NCBI RefSeq assembly: GCF_001194135.2
Contig: NC_068983.1
Location: forward strand, 8,969,003 to 9,009,011
Direction: 5' to 3'
Length of the DNA: 40,009 nucleotides
DNA from: Octopus bimaculoides
Lineage: Eukaryota
Shown: piece after piece, positions 1 through 12,880 of the stretch
Layout of the letters: each line of letters begins with the position of its first letter
How positions within the stretch are numbered: position 1 is the stretch's first letter
Position numbers and translations under genes: made by a program
Notes under the pieces: generated by a model
What the model saw: only the letters and a program-made list of their open reading frames with translations
Databases searched by the model: none
Told to the model about the DNA's origin: nothing

Positions 1-97
1 TATATATATATATATATATATATACATTATATAGATAGATAGATAGATAGATATGTACATATATATATACACACACACACATACACACAAACATATA
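1..97. repeat. Compound microsatellite (TA)n/(AGAT)n/(CA)n
   Basis: Directly visible simple repeats. Confidence 0.95.
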
Positions 98-1371
98 TAC
101 ATATTCTTTCGGAAAAAACTCGAAGTAATCAAAAATCTATTACCACCTATACACATGACATTTATACCTCTACGCATGCTTGAAGATATTCTAAGAATGA
201 TTGAGATCAGGTTCATTCCAAAATTTCGTAAATTTTTCTCTCTACAATAACTTATACATATAAAAGAGAGTTTGTGTGTGTGTGTGTGTGTGTGTGTATC
301 TATCCGCGTGCGCGTATATGCCTTATGCATTTCAAAACCGAGTTGCCCATTTTGACGTATGGGGTGTCAAAAGATTCAGTAGGCTTTTGGCTACCAACTA
401 AACTATAGTTTCATTCACATATTTGCATTACAAACAATTAACATAGTCATTTTTCTTTTAGTCACATATCGGAAACGATATTTGATATCACCACCTCAAT
501 GACATTGACGTCACATTTTCTATATGAGTGTGTTCGCGCAATCGTCACCTACGTTAAATCGTTTACTGAAAAGTATATGTGTGACGGTGTATGTGTCTGT
601 CACTATATATACATTTTTGTGACGACCGACAGACACAGTGACAGAGATAGGCTTCAGGTGTGCGTAAATATGTGTGCGTGTGTACCTTAGTATATATGTA
701 TGTAACTTTCTCCCGCCAAACATTGAAACGCGCCGGTATTGAAAGTTTAGTTGCGGCCTAGACTTTAAATGAACAATGGAGTTCACTTTGAAATACTGCC
801 AATATGAAGATTTCGCTGATTTAACACCACTCACAATACTCGCAAATATATCTGAAAAAATGTTATTCTGGATATTATAGCAAATTTAGAAACTTGGCGA
901 AGTAGAAAGCCTCGGCGTCTCTTTCAATATAACTACAGAAATGTTATTCCACTCCTTCTAACCAGTTTCAAGATGATGTTTATTTAATAGTCTTTGTATT
1001 CATTATCACTGTGAGTATCAACGTCGCACAACCTTTTTACTGCGTTAATCTGTATTTATTCTACAGCGTATAACGTTACACAGTTAAAAATATGTGGTAA
1101 TGTCAATTTAATTTATAACTTGCTACATACCTCCTTCAGGAAATATTTTAAATCAACGTTACAACAATAGCATCTTCCTTTCTATACACCTGGTTCAGCG
1201 TTCGTTTCAAAATTGTAAAACAAATTATTTTTGCATGAAAAATTGAATTATGCCTTCTGAATTTTCTTCCCCATGACATTCATTCAATCGTGAATTTTAT
1301 AGCATTTAGTACATGTTCCGAATAAATGTCGACTTTCTCTACTTTGTTACATTGGTGACGCTTAGTAACGT

Positions 1372-1542
1372 TTGCTAAATTGGTGACTTTCCATTTTTTT
1401 ATAGCATAACTATGTTACAGAAGTATGTTTTATACCTATATTGACTACATTTAGTAGCTTTCGCTAAATTAGTGACTTTCCATATTTTTATAGCACAACT
1501 ATGCTACAGAAAGTATGCTTTGCACCTATATTGACTACATTT
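1372..1542 (+). repeat. Tandem duplication, about 89-bp unit x2
   Basis: GCTAAATT(G/A)GTGACTTTCCAT...CCTATATTGACTACATTT occurs twice in tandem (about 1372-1452 and 1461-1542). Confidence 0.9.
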
Positions 1543-1639
1543 CGCTTGAACTTCGTATGTGTAAATTTTGCTGTTTTCAATATTACCAAACGCTATTGGT
1601 GTGTTTCTGCGTTCCTTACGTCTAGAGTAAACTATAGTA

Positions 1640-1740
1640 AAGAACGCTGTTTTAATGAACCCACATCTAATGAAGTAGCCATCCTTATGGTTGATGATCC
1701 CCATGAAAATCATGATATTTTTGTGAAAATAACTCTAACA
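1640..1740 (+). pseudogene. Helitron RepHel N-terminal fragment
   Basis: Translation ERCFNEPTSNEVAILMVDDPHENHDIFVK matches the recalled Helitron motif (ERRFNAPTxxEVAIxxVxxxxxxRDIxL). Confidence 0.7.
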
Positions 1741-2102
1741 GTTCAAATACTAAAAAATAAGCATACTCAATTTCAACTTTAACAAATAATTTAGGAAAAT
1801 GAATGGGTTATTTCCCTTGGCTATATATATATAAAGATTTCTTGCAGGGGCGAATGGGTTATTTCCCTTCGTTTTTTAAATAAAATATATTAGATATATA
1901 TAAGGATTCCTTCCAGGGGTCCAATTATCGATTTTTTGCCAACAATCTGAGTATGCCACGAGGCTTCAAGACTTACGTTCAATTCACGTGACAGATTTCA
2001 TGAAAATTGATAAAAATGATGTAGGAGTTAGCTACCAACTCCTCAAACACACCTACAGACAGAAATTCCCACATATGCGTCTTTTGAGTACGTGCCTTTA
2101 TA

Positions 2103-2149
<47 letters not shown>

Positions 2150-3490
2150 GTGTGTGTGCGCGCGCGCGTGGTTTGTGTATGTTCTTAACCACACGCCTTT
2201 GTTTTCTACGGAAAACGCAACTTGGTATTTCGATAATCGAAAATCGATACATTATTTTACACATTGAAATAAGCACCGGGTACAATAAGCAAGACTATGC
2301 CACGAGGTCTCTGCCCCAGATTGGCTGTGGTTAGATGATTGAATACAAGATGATTGAATGCAAAGGCACTTCCAGGGAATTCTAATAATAACGTAAACAG
2401 TAATGAAATATAATTGTCCATATATTTTACACTTCATAGATAATTGCATGTACAATTACTTCAGTTTAATTGTAGGAAAATGATTACAATTTTATAAACG
2501 TGTTCATCATTCCATCGTAGCTTATTTTCAGCAATTTCAAATCAATTATGCAAATTGTAACAGGCATCATTATTTTCCTATTCAGAAAACCTCACTTCTA
2601 TAAGAATAAACGACGTAATTATGTAATTAGAAATTGTTAAAAATTACAGATTAAAATTCCTATCATTGAAAAAACTTTTTCCTAACTTCTAATTTGATTT
2701 TAAATGCATAATGTTTGAGACGTTAATATAACTGATTGTGATAAAATTTATATTTGCAGTATGTTCTGATTAATGTTCTTTCCAGCATGTAGAAGTAATC
2801 CATGAGATTTATCAGAGGAATCCAATTTAGTATTCTGTAATTTTTGTTTTAATACATATAATGTTACGATATATCTTTATTACTATCTAATGCAGCATTC
2901 ATTCTCTATGGAATATATAAAAATTCCATGTGCTAAATTAGCATCAACTTTATTATATTTCATTTAAATCGATATTAACTGCGATGAATTGACGCTGTTT
3001 TTTCTCATTATTCCTATTTTCCCGTGTAATGAACTCAACAGAAGAAAGCAATAAGATTTCCATTTGACGAGAATTACACAATGCTATTCGTTCTTAAACA
3101 GCGTACCTGAAGGAGTATCTAAGCAAAGCTGATTTTAAAAAATATAATTCTAGGCTAATTAATCTACATTTGTGTTTAAGAACTTTAAAAAAAATTATGC
3201 AATGTTTTGTCAAATTTTATCCACGTAATTTCCGCTCCACACTTCCTTATTACTATGTAAGTAACTAATCAAAACTTCCTCTCTATTCAATTATGTAAAT
3301 TAGGCCAGCACAGCATTTAGTCATCTAATATTATTAAAATATCAATGTTTAAACAGGCTTGGAACCCTCAGATAGAGGAGTGTTTATATAACTATGAAAG
3401 AATCCATACCAAGTTTATTTCATCTATCGGGTAATATATATGTCGAATATTTTTCACACACACACAAGCAAACAAACATACACACACACA

Positions 3491-3533
<43 letters not shown>

Positions 3534-3539
3534 GGATGA

Positions 3540-3745
3540 GTATGTGTGTCTGTGTCTTTGTGTCCGTATTTGTCTCCCACTAACGCTTAGCAGCTAGTGT
3601 CGGTCAGTTTTCATCTCCGTTGCTTAGCGATTCTGCAAGAGAATCCAACAGAGTACATACCACACTCCAAAAGATGAATACTGGGTTTGACTTACTTTAC
3701 TAAAATTCTTCAAAGCAGTGACCCAGTAGGGACGAAGTATGATGA
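3540..3745 (+). mobile_element. 3' half of tRNA-SINE family A, diverged, tRNA head absent
   Basis: Aligns by eye to the reverse complement of 30978-31170 (CTTAGCG.TTC.GCAA, ACTGGG, CTAAAATTCTTCAA.GC.GTG.CCCAG). Confidence 0.7.
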
Positions 3746-3836
3746 ACGAAACATATAGAAAAAAGATACAAAATAGATTAATAGATAAATAAATAAATAG
3801 ATGCTTTAGTATATGTGCATGAAAAAGATAATCATA

Positions 3837-4645
3837 TATACGTGGTCTGATGAATAAGAATCCGGACTATTGCAATACTAAGGAACTTAAGGCACGGAAT
3901 GTAAAGCTGCTTGGCGCAGATTGACATTGGACTCTGCTGTGTATGAGCCAGACGTTTGAATGTTCTAGCTTGCTTCCGCTGTTAACAGCAGTGCTTGGAA
4001 GGAACGTGGGTGGCGTGTGATCGTCGCGTTGACCATGCAGAGGCTTACGCAGAGTTTTCAAAAAGTTTTCCTCGCTCTCGACACAATAAAGGAGATCTTC
4101 TGCAACTTAAATCCAAATAATTTTTTGGTCAGCTGCAAGTTTTTATTATTATTATTATTATTATTGGCACAAACTTGGCAGACACGTGTCTCATAACCGA
4201 ATCCTTCAGCGTAAAAAATCTGCACATACTCTGATAACTCACGGATGCTGAGCCAACGACTTCTCCTCACAGCTGCGATGTTTTTCTCAGTTCTACTGGT
4301 TGCGTGTCTCGCAGACCGTTCATCAGTATCGACATTCTTTCGGCCATCTTCTAAACATGCCAACCATTTCTACAATTCTGTGCGGCTCATACACTTTCTA
4401 CAACTTTGCATGGGCCTCTGAGCAGGTATCACCATGACAACTTTCTCTGTCATGGTCAATGCGACGATCACACGCTACACACCTTCCTTCCAACCAACTG
4501 CTGTAAATAGAGGTAGAACGTTAGAACTTAGTGCTCATGCACAGCAAGGCTGAAGGTTAATCTCTGCCAAGCGGCTTCACTTTGTGTGCGTTAGCTTTGT
4601 TAGTAGGGCAACAGTCCGGATGCTTATATATATATAATACGTGTA
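3837..4645 (-). mobile_element. Mariner-derived fold-back element built from two 5' ends
   Basis: Inverted arms at about 3850-4057 and 4400-4630. The minus strand encodes a degenerate transposase N-terminus from ATG at 4453 (MTEKV...DGRKNVDTDERS...LLYCVESEENFLK). TA precedes the left TIR. Confidence 0.85.
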
Positions 4646-4662
4646 TATATATATATATATAT

Positions 4663-4920
4663 NNNNNNNNNNNNNNNNNNNNNNNNNNNNNNNNNNNNNN
4701 NNNNNNNNNNNNNNNNNNNNNNNNNNNNNNNNNNNNNNNNNNNNNNNNNNNNNNNNNNNNNNNNNNNNNNNNNNNNNNNNNNNNNNNNNNNNNNNNNNNN
4801 NNNNNNNNNNNNNNNNNNNNNNNNNNNNNNNNNNNNNNNNNNNNNNNNNNNNNNNNNNNNNNNNNNNNNNNNNNNNNNNNNNNNNNNNNNNNNNNNNNNN
4901 NNNNNNNNNNNNNNNNNNNN
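4663..4920. other. Assembly gap (N run)
   Basis: N run flanked by (TA)n. Confidence 1.
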
Positions 4921-5022
4921 TATATATATATATATATAAATACATATATGTACATATGTATAAATGTATATACATATATATAGAGAGAGGGATAGAGTTA
5001 GAGAGAGAGAGAGTAACAGAGA

Positions 5023-5024
5023 GT

Positions 5025-5093
<69 letters not shown>
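5023..5093. repeat. (GATA)n microsatellite
   Basis: Directly visible. Confidence 0.95.
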
Positions 5094-5094
<1 letters not shown>

Positions 5095-5714
5095 CACACA
5101 GAGAGACAGACATACATAAACTAATGTAGATTGGTGTTTCACTTTGAAATGTATAGGTTATACAGAGAAGGATGTAGGTATGTGTCTTTCGTTATATACG
5201 ACTTTCGGATGATAAACCATGAAATGTTTTGATTCGGATTAATTACTTGAGAAAGCTAACGTAGTGTAGACTTCTTTGTTATCCAATACATTTATAGAAC
5301 AGACAGCGTAAGAATGATCAGGCCATCATTTCGAGTCACATAATTTCACTGTGCTGTACAACGGATTTTAGGCAGTATGCTATGTCTATTGTCACACATG
5401 AATGAACACTGTACTTATATGCGAGATTTAAATTTAATAGATTTAATAAATCTCCCAAAATCTTGGTCAATGTACTGGAAATAGGAGTGCAATGTCCATT
5501 AGCTTAAAAGGAGGGGTTTTTTTTATATTACACAATTTCATATATATTTTCTCAGTCACTCTTTGGAAATTCAGACTCCACTCAGTGCCTTATGCGATAT
5601 ATATATATATGTGTGTGTGTGTGTGTCTGCAGAGATAGGTAGGTAGATAGATAGATAGACAAATAGATATTGAATGTTACACTTCAGTCATGTAGCCACA
5701 TACATGCTGTCCGT

Positions 5715-5880
5715 GAACTTTTCCATTTTCTGGAACTTTTTCCTTCTCTAGACGTTTTCCGCTCTGAAATTCTCCTTTTCCTGTTTTCTCACGAAGAGCT
5801 ATGCTCGAATCATTAAAAACCTATTCTGTTTTCCACTTTTACTGAGCGTCAAACTAATACATTCCCTATGTACATCGACT
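5715..5880 (+). mobile_element. Penelope-like terminal fragment, family B, with degenerate hammerhead core
   Basis: CTCACGAAGAGCTATGCTCGAATC (5788-5811) followed by CTGAGCGTC; homologous to 12380-12545. Confidence 0.6.
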
Positions 5881-5932
5881 TGTAATATTAATGTTCGACT
5901 TTTAGTGTTCAAACTTTGATGTTCGATTCGAC

Positions 5933-5956
5933 TATATATATATATATATATATACA

Positions 5957-5988
<32 letters not shown>

Positions 5989-6078
5989 CATACATACATA
6001 CATACACACATACATACATATATACATACATACATACATACATATATACATACATACATACATATATACATACATACA

Positions 6079-6114
<36 letters not shown>

Positions 6115-6117
6115 TTT
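5933..6117. repeat. (TA)n/(TACA)n microsatellite
   Basis: Directly visible; runs into a gap. Confidence 0.95.
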
Positions 6118-6941
6118 NNNNNNNNNNNNNNNNNNNNNNNNNNNNNNNNNNNNNNNNNNNNNNNNNNNNNNNNNNNNNNNNNNNNNNNNNNNNNNNNNNN
6201 NNNNNNNNNNNNNNNNNNNNNNNNNNNNNNNNNNNNNNNNNNNNNNNNNNNNNNNNNNNNNNNNNNNNNNNNNNNNNNNNNNNNNNNNNNNNNNNNNNNN
6301 NNNNNNNNNNNNNNNNNNNNNNNNNNNNNNNNNNNNNNNNNNNNNNNNNNNNNNNNNNNNNNNNNNNNNNNNNNNNNNNNNNNNNNNNNNNNNNNNNNNN
6401 NNNNNNNNNNNNNNNNNNNNNNNNNNNNNNNNNNNNNNNNNNNNNNNNNNNNNNNNNNNNNNNNNNNNNNNNNNNNNNNNNNNNNNNNNNNNNNNNNNNN
6501 NNNNNNNNNNNNNNNNNNNNNNNNNNNNNNNNNNNNNNNNNNNNNNNNNNNNNNNNNNNNNNNNNNNNNNNNNNNNNNNNNNNNNNNNNNNNNNNNNNNN
6601 NNNNNNNNNNNNNNNNNNNNNNNNNNNNNNNNNNNNNNNNNNNNNNNNNNNNNNNNNNNNNNNNNNNNNNNNNNNNNNNNNNNNNNNNNNNNNNNNNNNN
6701 NNNNNNNNNNNNNNNNNNNNNNNNNNNNNNNNNNNNNNNNNNNNNNNNNNNNNNNNNNNNNNNNNNNNNNNNNNNNNNNNNNNNNNNNNNNNNNNNNNNN
6801 NNNNNNNNNNNNNNNNNNNNNNNNNNNNNNNNNNNNNNNNNNNNNNNNNNNNNNNNNNNNNNNNNNNNNNNNNNNNNNNNNNNNNNNNNNNNNNNNNNNN
6901 NNNNNNNNNNNNNNNNNNNNNNNNNNNNNNNNNNNNNNNNN
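6118..6941. other. Assembly gap (N run)
   Basis: N run flanked by (TA)n. Confidence 1.
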
Positions 6942-6982
<41 letters not shown>

Positions 6983-9333
6983 CAATAATACGCATACACA
7001 CACGTGTGTCTGTGCGTGCTTGTCTGTTTTGTAACGAACTGGTGCTTTTTTTTACATAACTTCATATATTAGTGGATGTTTTAAACAAACTATCTATTCA
7101 AGAAGTCTAATAAATTGAATTGTATTTAAAATATATATATTAGTTTTTACCTTATATGTAATGTTATTCTGCGAAATAACTTCAGTTGGTTGTTGAAAAC
7201 ATTCGATTACATTGTACAAGAAAATTTACATCAGTCTAAGAGAATTAATTTGAGACAAATATATAAAACTGAAGCGTTTGATGTTGACGGATCCTCTTTG
7301 TGAAGACAGCTTGCCCAGCAGAGACGCTAGGTACTTGAGTTGTAAGTCATGGTATCTATATATGTTTGTATACATTCATACATACATACATACATACATA
7401 TATATAGTTTTTTTTATACATAACATATGTATATCATATACATATATATATGTATATATATTTCTTATATACATATACGTATAACGTGTGTGTGTATGTA
7501 CGTGTGTACGTATATATGGCTATATATAATTGTGTGTGCGTGTATCTGCATGCTTGTATATGTTGTATGTTCATATATCATCTTTTCTTTTGGATTTCTT
7601 CGTATATTCGTATAAGCCCCGTGAGATTTGTTTTGAAAAATCAGTTCTCAAAGTTATTTTCATCTCTGTCACATTATCTGAATATGGAGTTGTAACGGTT
7701 TTTGTATGTTTTATTGGGTGACACTTGTTTATGCGGAATTTACCACCAGTATTTGACTCAGGGGCGTATTCTGGCTGTCAAATATATAGTAACTCACATG
7801 CGTATGTGACGTCAGATCGTGGTGTGTTTATTAGTTTCAGTTCCCAGCTATGATATAAGTATTGCTTTTGTATATAGTTGTCTTCGCGGGAAGCTATACA
7901 TGTAAGTAAATATATTCCCGCTGTAATGTCTGAATAAACAATAATCACCTAATACGACAGAGATATTATAAAAACTAATACACTTCCATATATGAAAATT
8001 AGTTTATAGTTTTCTACCTGCAAATATCAAATGAAGACGCTGTGTATCGTGACGTGTCAGTCTCAGTAGTGGGTTCCACACTCCACGCCAGTATCCAATG
8101 TAGGATAATGTGAGTCCTGAACCTCGGGATACAGTAGTATGCAGAAAATGAACAATAAAATAGAAATGACATACGGAAAACAGAAATAGAAATGGCATAC
8201 GTTTAGATAAAATACCGTAATAAGGACAAAGGAACGCATATATTCTAGAAATTCATATCATTAGTGTTCTGCAATGTTCACTGATGAGGTGATTTGCTAC
8301 ATTATATTTAAAACTGTTATGTAATTACTTCAGCATTTTGATGAAACGCGTGTACGCTCTACAAAGCATTGTGTACCATACATGTTTGATTTTAAAAAAA
8401 TCTTATTGCTTCTGTTAACTATAAATATTTTCGAACCCACGCAAGAGCTCCTGTGATTACAGAATTTCAAAGAGATATCATTTGCTAGTCATGTATCAAC
8501 TTGAAAGGGTTACAGTTGCATGAAACTGTGAACTATTCGAACCCCGTGCTCAGAGAACACACTTAAACTTATGCTTCGTAAACCGTAGGCGGGAGCATCA
8601 GTGGCAAAAGATTCAAGTTCAAAAATATTGTATCGAATATAAATATACAAAGAAATAGGTTAGTGTTTCAGATCTGTCAACTAATCTAATAGAATATAGA
8701 CATGAACCGAAAAATAGACCATTTCAGTGCTCGTACAACCTGTTCCCATATTGCATCTCGGTTTGAAGACGGAAACAGACTGTATAGGGGTTAATCTAAC
8801 CTGAGACATGCACATATGTACTTAAAAAGTAAATGAAGAATTACTGTTTAATCTGAATTGAATTAGGAGTTGAACAAAAACAACATAAGGTTACTTGTCA
8901 TTTCAACCTCTCTACCAATAGAGTGGCATAGGGTCCTTATTGTTTATTTATAGCAGTCACATTTCCTTCTTTATTTTTCTGTCTAAACATCTATAGATAG
9001 ACGTCTTTAATAAAAGCAAGTGACTAAAAACGATTCTGGGACGGAGATGAATGATTAGATAAGCTATGTATAATATGGGAGCTGTAAGCATTAAGAGTGA
9101 ACGGAAGAGATGTGTGAATCAAGCGGTGTTTTAAATTGCCAATTCAGTCTTCGGTTCCTTGGTATATCTTCATCTTCATCATCATCATCAATTCAGTTTC
9201 CAGTTCCTTGATTATATCATCACCATCATCAACCTCCTGTCACCCAGCCTTTCTTTCTTCACCTCTTATTATCATCATCATATTATTATTATTATTATTA
9301 TCCTCATTATTGTTGTTGTTGTTGTTATTATTA

Positions 9334-9764
9334 CTAGCGGGACCCGTGAATATTTCACGAAATTAATGGTAAACCTATTGGGTTATTTCTGAAAACTTTA
9401 TGCAAAAAACCTGAAAGCGTAGACTGTGTTATATAAAATAAATATTCACTCTTATTTTTTCATTGTACACAAAAACAAAAGATTATCCCCTACATAGTTA
9501 GATTGCATATATTTGCCTCGTAAAGAAGCGTGAATTGCACTTATGCGGGGAATTGTATTTATGCGGGGAATTGCACTTATGCGCATGCGTTAAGTGATAG
9601 GTGATATAACAGAAAAAAGTTCACTTAGAAAACAATACGCTTTCCACTACCCAATGACCACCGCCACCTCCACCACCACCGCCGCCGCCATCTCCACCAC
9701 CATCATCATCTCTCTCTCCCTGTCGCTCTCCTTAATTTCATCTCTCTCTTCTCTTCACTGTCTG

Positions 9765-9806
<42 letters not shown>

Positions 9807-10098
9807 TCCGTCTGTCTCTCTCCCATTTTTCTTTCTCCCTCTCTGTGTCTCACTCTTCGCCTTGTGCTCTTTTTCTCTCTCTTTTTCCTTTCTCCTCTCA
9901 CTTCCGCTGAACTAATCACTTGAAAACTTTACAATTACATTCCGTCGACCTCACGCCATGGACGCTTCTCTCTCCCTCTCTTTCTCGCTCTTTCTTTGTC
10001 TCTCTCTCCTATTTTCTTTCTCCCCCGTCTTCTCTAATAACGTGAAAGCGTTACCAACGGGCTCAGTAACACAATGACAAGCAGAATCATTATAAGAA
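9334..10098 (-). mobile_element. Non-autonomous Helitron, about 765 bp
   Basis: Minus-strand 3' end: hairpin CGTGAA-ATA-TTCACG (9345-9359), 7 nt, then CTAG followed by T. Candidate 5' end (T)TCTTATAATG at about 10097. Internal 18-bp repeats and CT/CAC microsatellites. Confidence 0.7.
9532..9583 (+). repeat. 18-bp tandem repeat x about 3 (GAATTG(C/T)A(C/T)TTATGCGGG)
   Basis: Directly visible inside the Helitron-like element. Confidence 0.9.
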
Positions 10099-11619
10099 TA
10101 TTATTATTTTTTTCTCATCATTATCTTGAATATTACACGTCTGACAACTCAAGCATCTAGATTTTAGTGCAGTGTTATGTATAAAGTCTTGGTATAGTGG
10201 CGTGAAGGATAAGTTTTCAGTCTATGACACAAGTTGGTGAGAGTGATTGAGTGGAAGAACTGGCTATCCTTACTTTGCATGCAGAATTATAAATATATGT
10301 GTGTACGAGCGGAAATATTTTAGATTTCTGAACAACTCTTTCGGTATGAATTGCATTCTTTTTGTACAGAATCTAGAAAGAATTTTTTGCTCTAAAAGTC
10401 TTTGGATGATTGTTGTGGGCATGTCTTTAATATTTCGCAAAGAACTTCAAGTAATGTAATTCTAAATAAAAATATAACCTCAGCACTCGGAGTTTACACT
10501 TGATTAGAGGCGACTCAAAAAAGATCAGCGGAAGATTGATTATAGCACCGACGTCGTTACAAACCAGATGTCAACCTAATACGTCTCCCCAATTTAGCAC
10601 CTACACGTTAGAGATATATCCTCTCCAGATATATGTTCATAGGCCGAATACAACAAATAACAATGTATGTCAGGAATTTAAATATATTCTTGAATATCGT
10701 TTTCTTTCTTTACGTGTTATTACCAGATTTATATACATACGTGCATACTTTTCAGCGGAAATATGCAAAGTAGTAGAGCGTCGTAAAACTTATAAACTAT
10801 TGCCTTTCGCAATAAACTATTGCGCATTCTAATCATGTAGGTTTTATGATTATTTTTATGAAGGTACTTTAAATTTATAATCAAAACGTTAAGTGATGTT
10901 AAGAGATTAGAAAGAAATATTATGACGCATATGCAGGCAGCAAGAGTATACAAAAATAAGTTAATGATACTTTTTAAGAAGATATTATATAAGAATAATT
11001 TTTCATTAGTAATCTTGTGTTTTTATATTTAGCTTTTCTTATTCGCTTTATGTTTTATAAACACGTTAATTTACTTTCTGATATTTTTTTATCAAATTCA
11101 ATTAACTTGCATAATTTTCTTTCTTAAGCACGTGATACACACACACACACACACACACACGCACTCACAAACAATCTCAAACGCACACATACACCCACAA
11201 ACAAACACGTATGTTCACAAATATATCCGATAGATTTATAAACAAGAATATAGTGATAAATCCATATAAGTTTCGTTATACGCTACGATGTTATTTCATC
11301 TTAATTAAATGTAATTTCTACTTGGTTTAACTTTAATTAAGATGAGATGATCATTTATTGATCATTTGAAGTGTATAAGAATTGATTTTTACCTAACTTA
11401 ATTATTAAGAACTAATTGATCGTCTTTTTTTTTTTTCTTCTCTTTGATAATGTCATCGAAGACTAGCAACACATGGTGAAGAAAAGAAATTAAAAGAAGA
11501 CAGTATGTATTTTCTAGACTGAAAATGATTACAATGTGCTTAATAAACAAGAGAAAAACAATGGAGAATAAATGAGAAACGGCAAAGAGTGACGTCAACA
11601 GGCATTAATGTCATATGCA

Positions 11620-12010
11620 TCGTAACATGTATAATGCGTGTATAGACAAGTGTGTACGTATGAAATATATATGTGTGTGTGTGTGCGCGCGCTGGCACAT
11701 GCGTGTGTCAGTGTCTGTATGCGCATATATATGTATGTACATATATATATGTGTATATATATAAAGGTACATATACACAAATGTGTATACGTATATTTCA
11801 ATACACATGACTATATGTATAATCATTATAATACATGTATAGTCTTTTATATATACGCACGCATGTGTACATATACATATATATGTATATATATATGTGT
11901 GTGTGTGTGTGTATGTGTTTGTGTCTATGACTGTCTGTGTGTGTGTGTCTGTGAATGTAAGCATATGTGTAAACATTTTCATATAAATATAAATATACAT
12001 ATTTATAAAA
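11620..12010. repeat. Compound (TG)n/(TA)n low-complexity tract
   Basis: Directly visible; source of several spurious ORFs. Confidence 0.9.
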
Positions 12011-12379
12011 ATACATCGAGCTATATATACTCATGAACAACCACAAATCACACACAATTAAAGGGGTGAGATTTATTAAAAAGAGAAACCTACTGATACT
12101 TCTATAATCCAGTATAATCTGACCGTCAACAAACCATATTCTTTTTTTAATTTTTTACTGAAGTAGCAGTCCAACCATGCATGCCTCTTGAAAATTGTAA
12201 GATTGGGTAACATTACCACTCCAAGGCCAGACTAAGCACATTTATTTACAGCTATATATATATAATAGATATGTGTGTGTGTGTGTGTGTGTGTGTGTAT
12301 ACACGTACGTACACTGACACACACACACATACAGTCTTATATATGTGAACTGTTGGCATTTTTTTCCTGCGTCTTCCTT

Positions 12380-12545
12380 TTCTCTTGGACTTTCCTCTGT
12401 CTCCTGTTTCTGAAGAACTTTGCTCGAAACGTAAAACAACCTTTCTTTCCTCGTCTGAGCGTCTTAATACTTGCATGTACCACGTATTCGCGTTGTTGTT
12501 TTTTTTTTCTGGTTGTCACTTTTTCTTCGTTTTTATTAACTATTA
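12380..12545 (+). mobile_element. Penelope-like terminal fragment, family B, with degenerate hammerhead core
   Basis: TGTTT-CTGAAGA-ACTTTGCTC-GAAA-C-GTA-AAACA (12405-12438): stem I and GAAACGUA are present, stem II is damaged. Homologous to 5715-5880. Confidence 0.65.
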
Positions 12546-12810
12546 TATATACGTGTATAAATATTATTTCTAAATCTCTCTCTATATAAATTTAAATAGA
12601 AGTTTAAAAAACCCTTAAGGGATAGAAAATATCCTATTAATTATTGGTTTGTTACCTATTATTCTGTTGTGAATAGCAATCTTCCTAAAACAACAGGTTT
12701 AGATATAAATGTTGGTTTATTAATATTCGAATTAAAATCCAGAAAATAGAGACGTAGCTAAGTGAACATGTTGAATTTTTGAAGTTAATAAATTATATTA
12801 ACGCTACTTC

Positions 12811-12855
<45 letters not shown>

Positions 12856-12880
12856 GTTATGAGCGATAGTGGTGTCAATG

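Larger units (their letters stand above)
251..2295 (+). mobile_element. Composite non-autonomous Helitron-like region; boundaries uncertain, possibly nested elements
   Basis: Start CTTATACATATAAAAGAGAG+(TG)n resembles non-autonomous Helitron 5' ends. It contains a RepHel-like peptide (about 1640-1740), internal tandem modules and a degenerate possible 3' end (AAGCACCGGGTACAATAAGCAAG, about 2271-2293). Confidence 0.45.

Noticed and set aside
4557-7065. Long ORFs (130-400 aa) in the ORF track
   Set aside because: They span N gaps and (TA)/(TACA) repeats; YI/HT/CV-type translations are artefacts.
8281-8350. CTGATGAG and a later GAAAC as another hammerhead
   Set aside because: No stem II or stem I pairing links the two motifs.
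9532-9583. CRISPR-like repeat array
   Set aside because: The units are contiguous with no spacers, and the context is eukaryotic.
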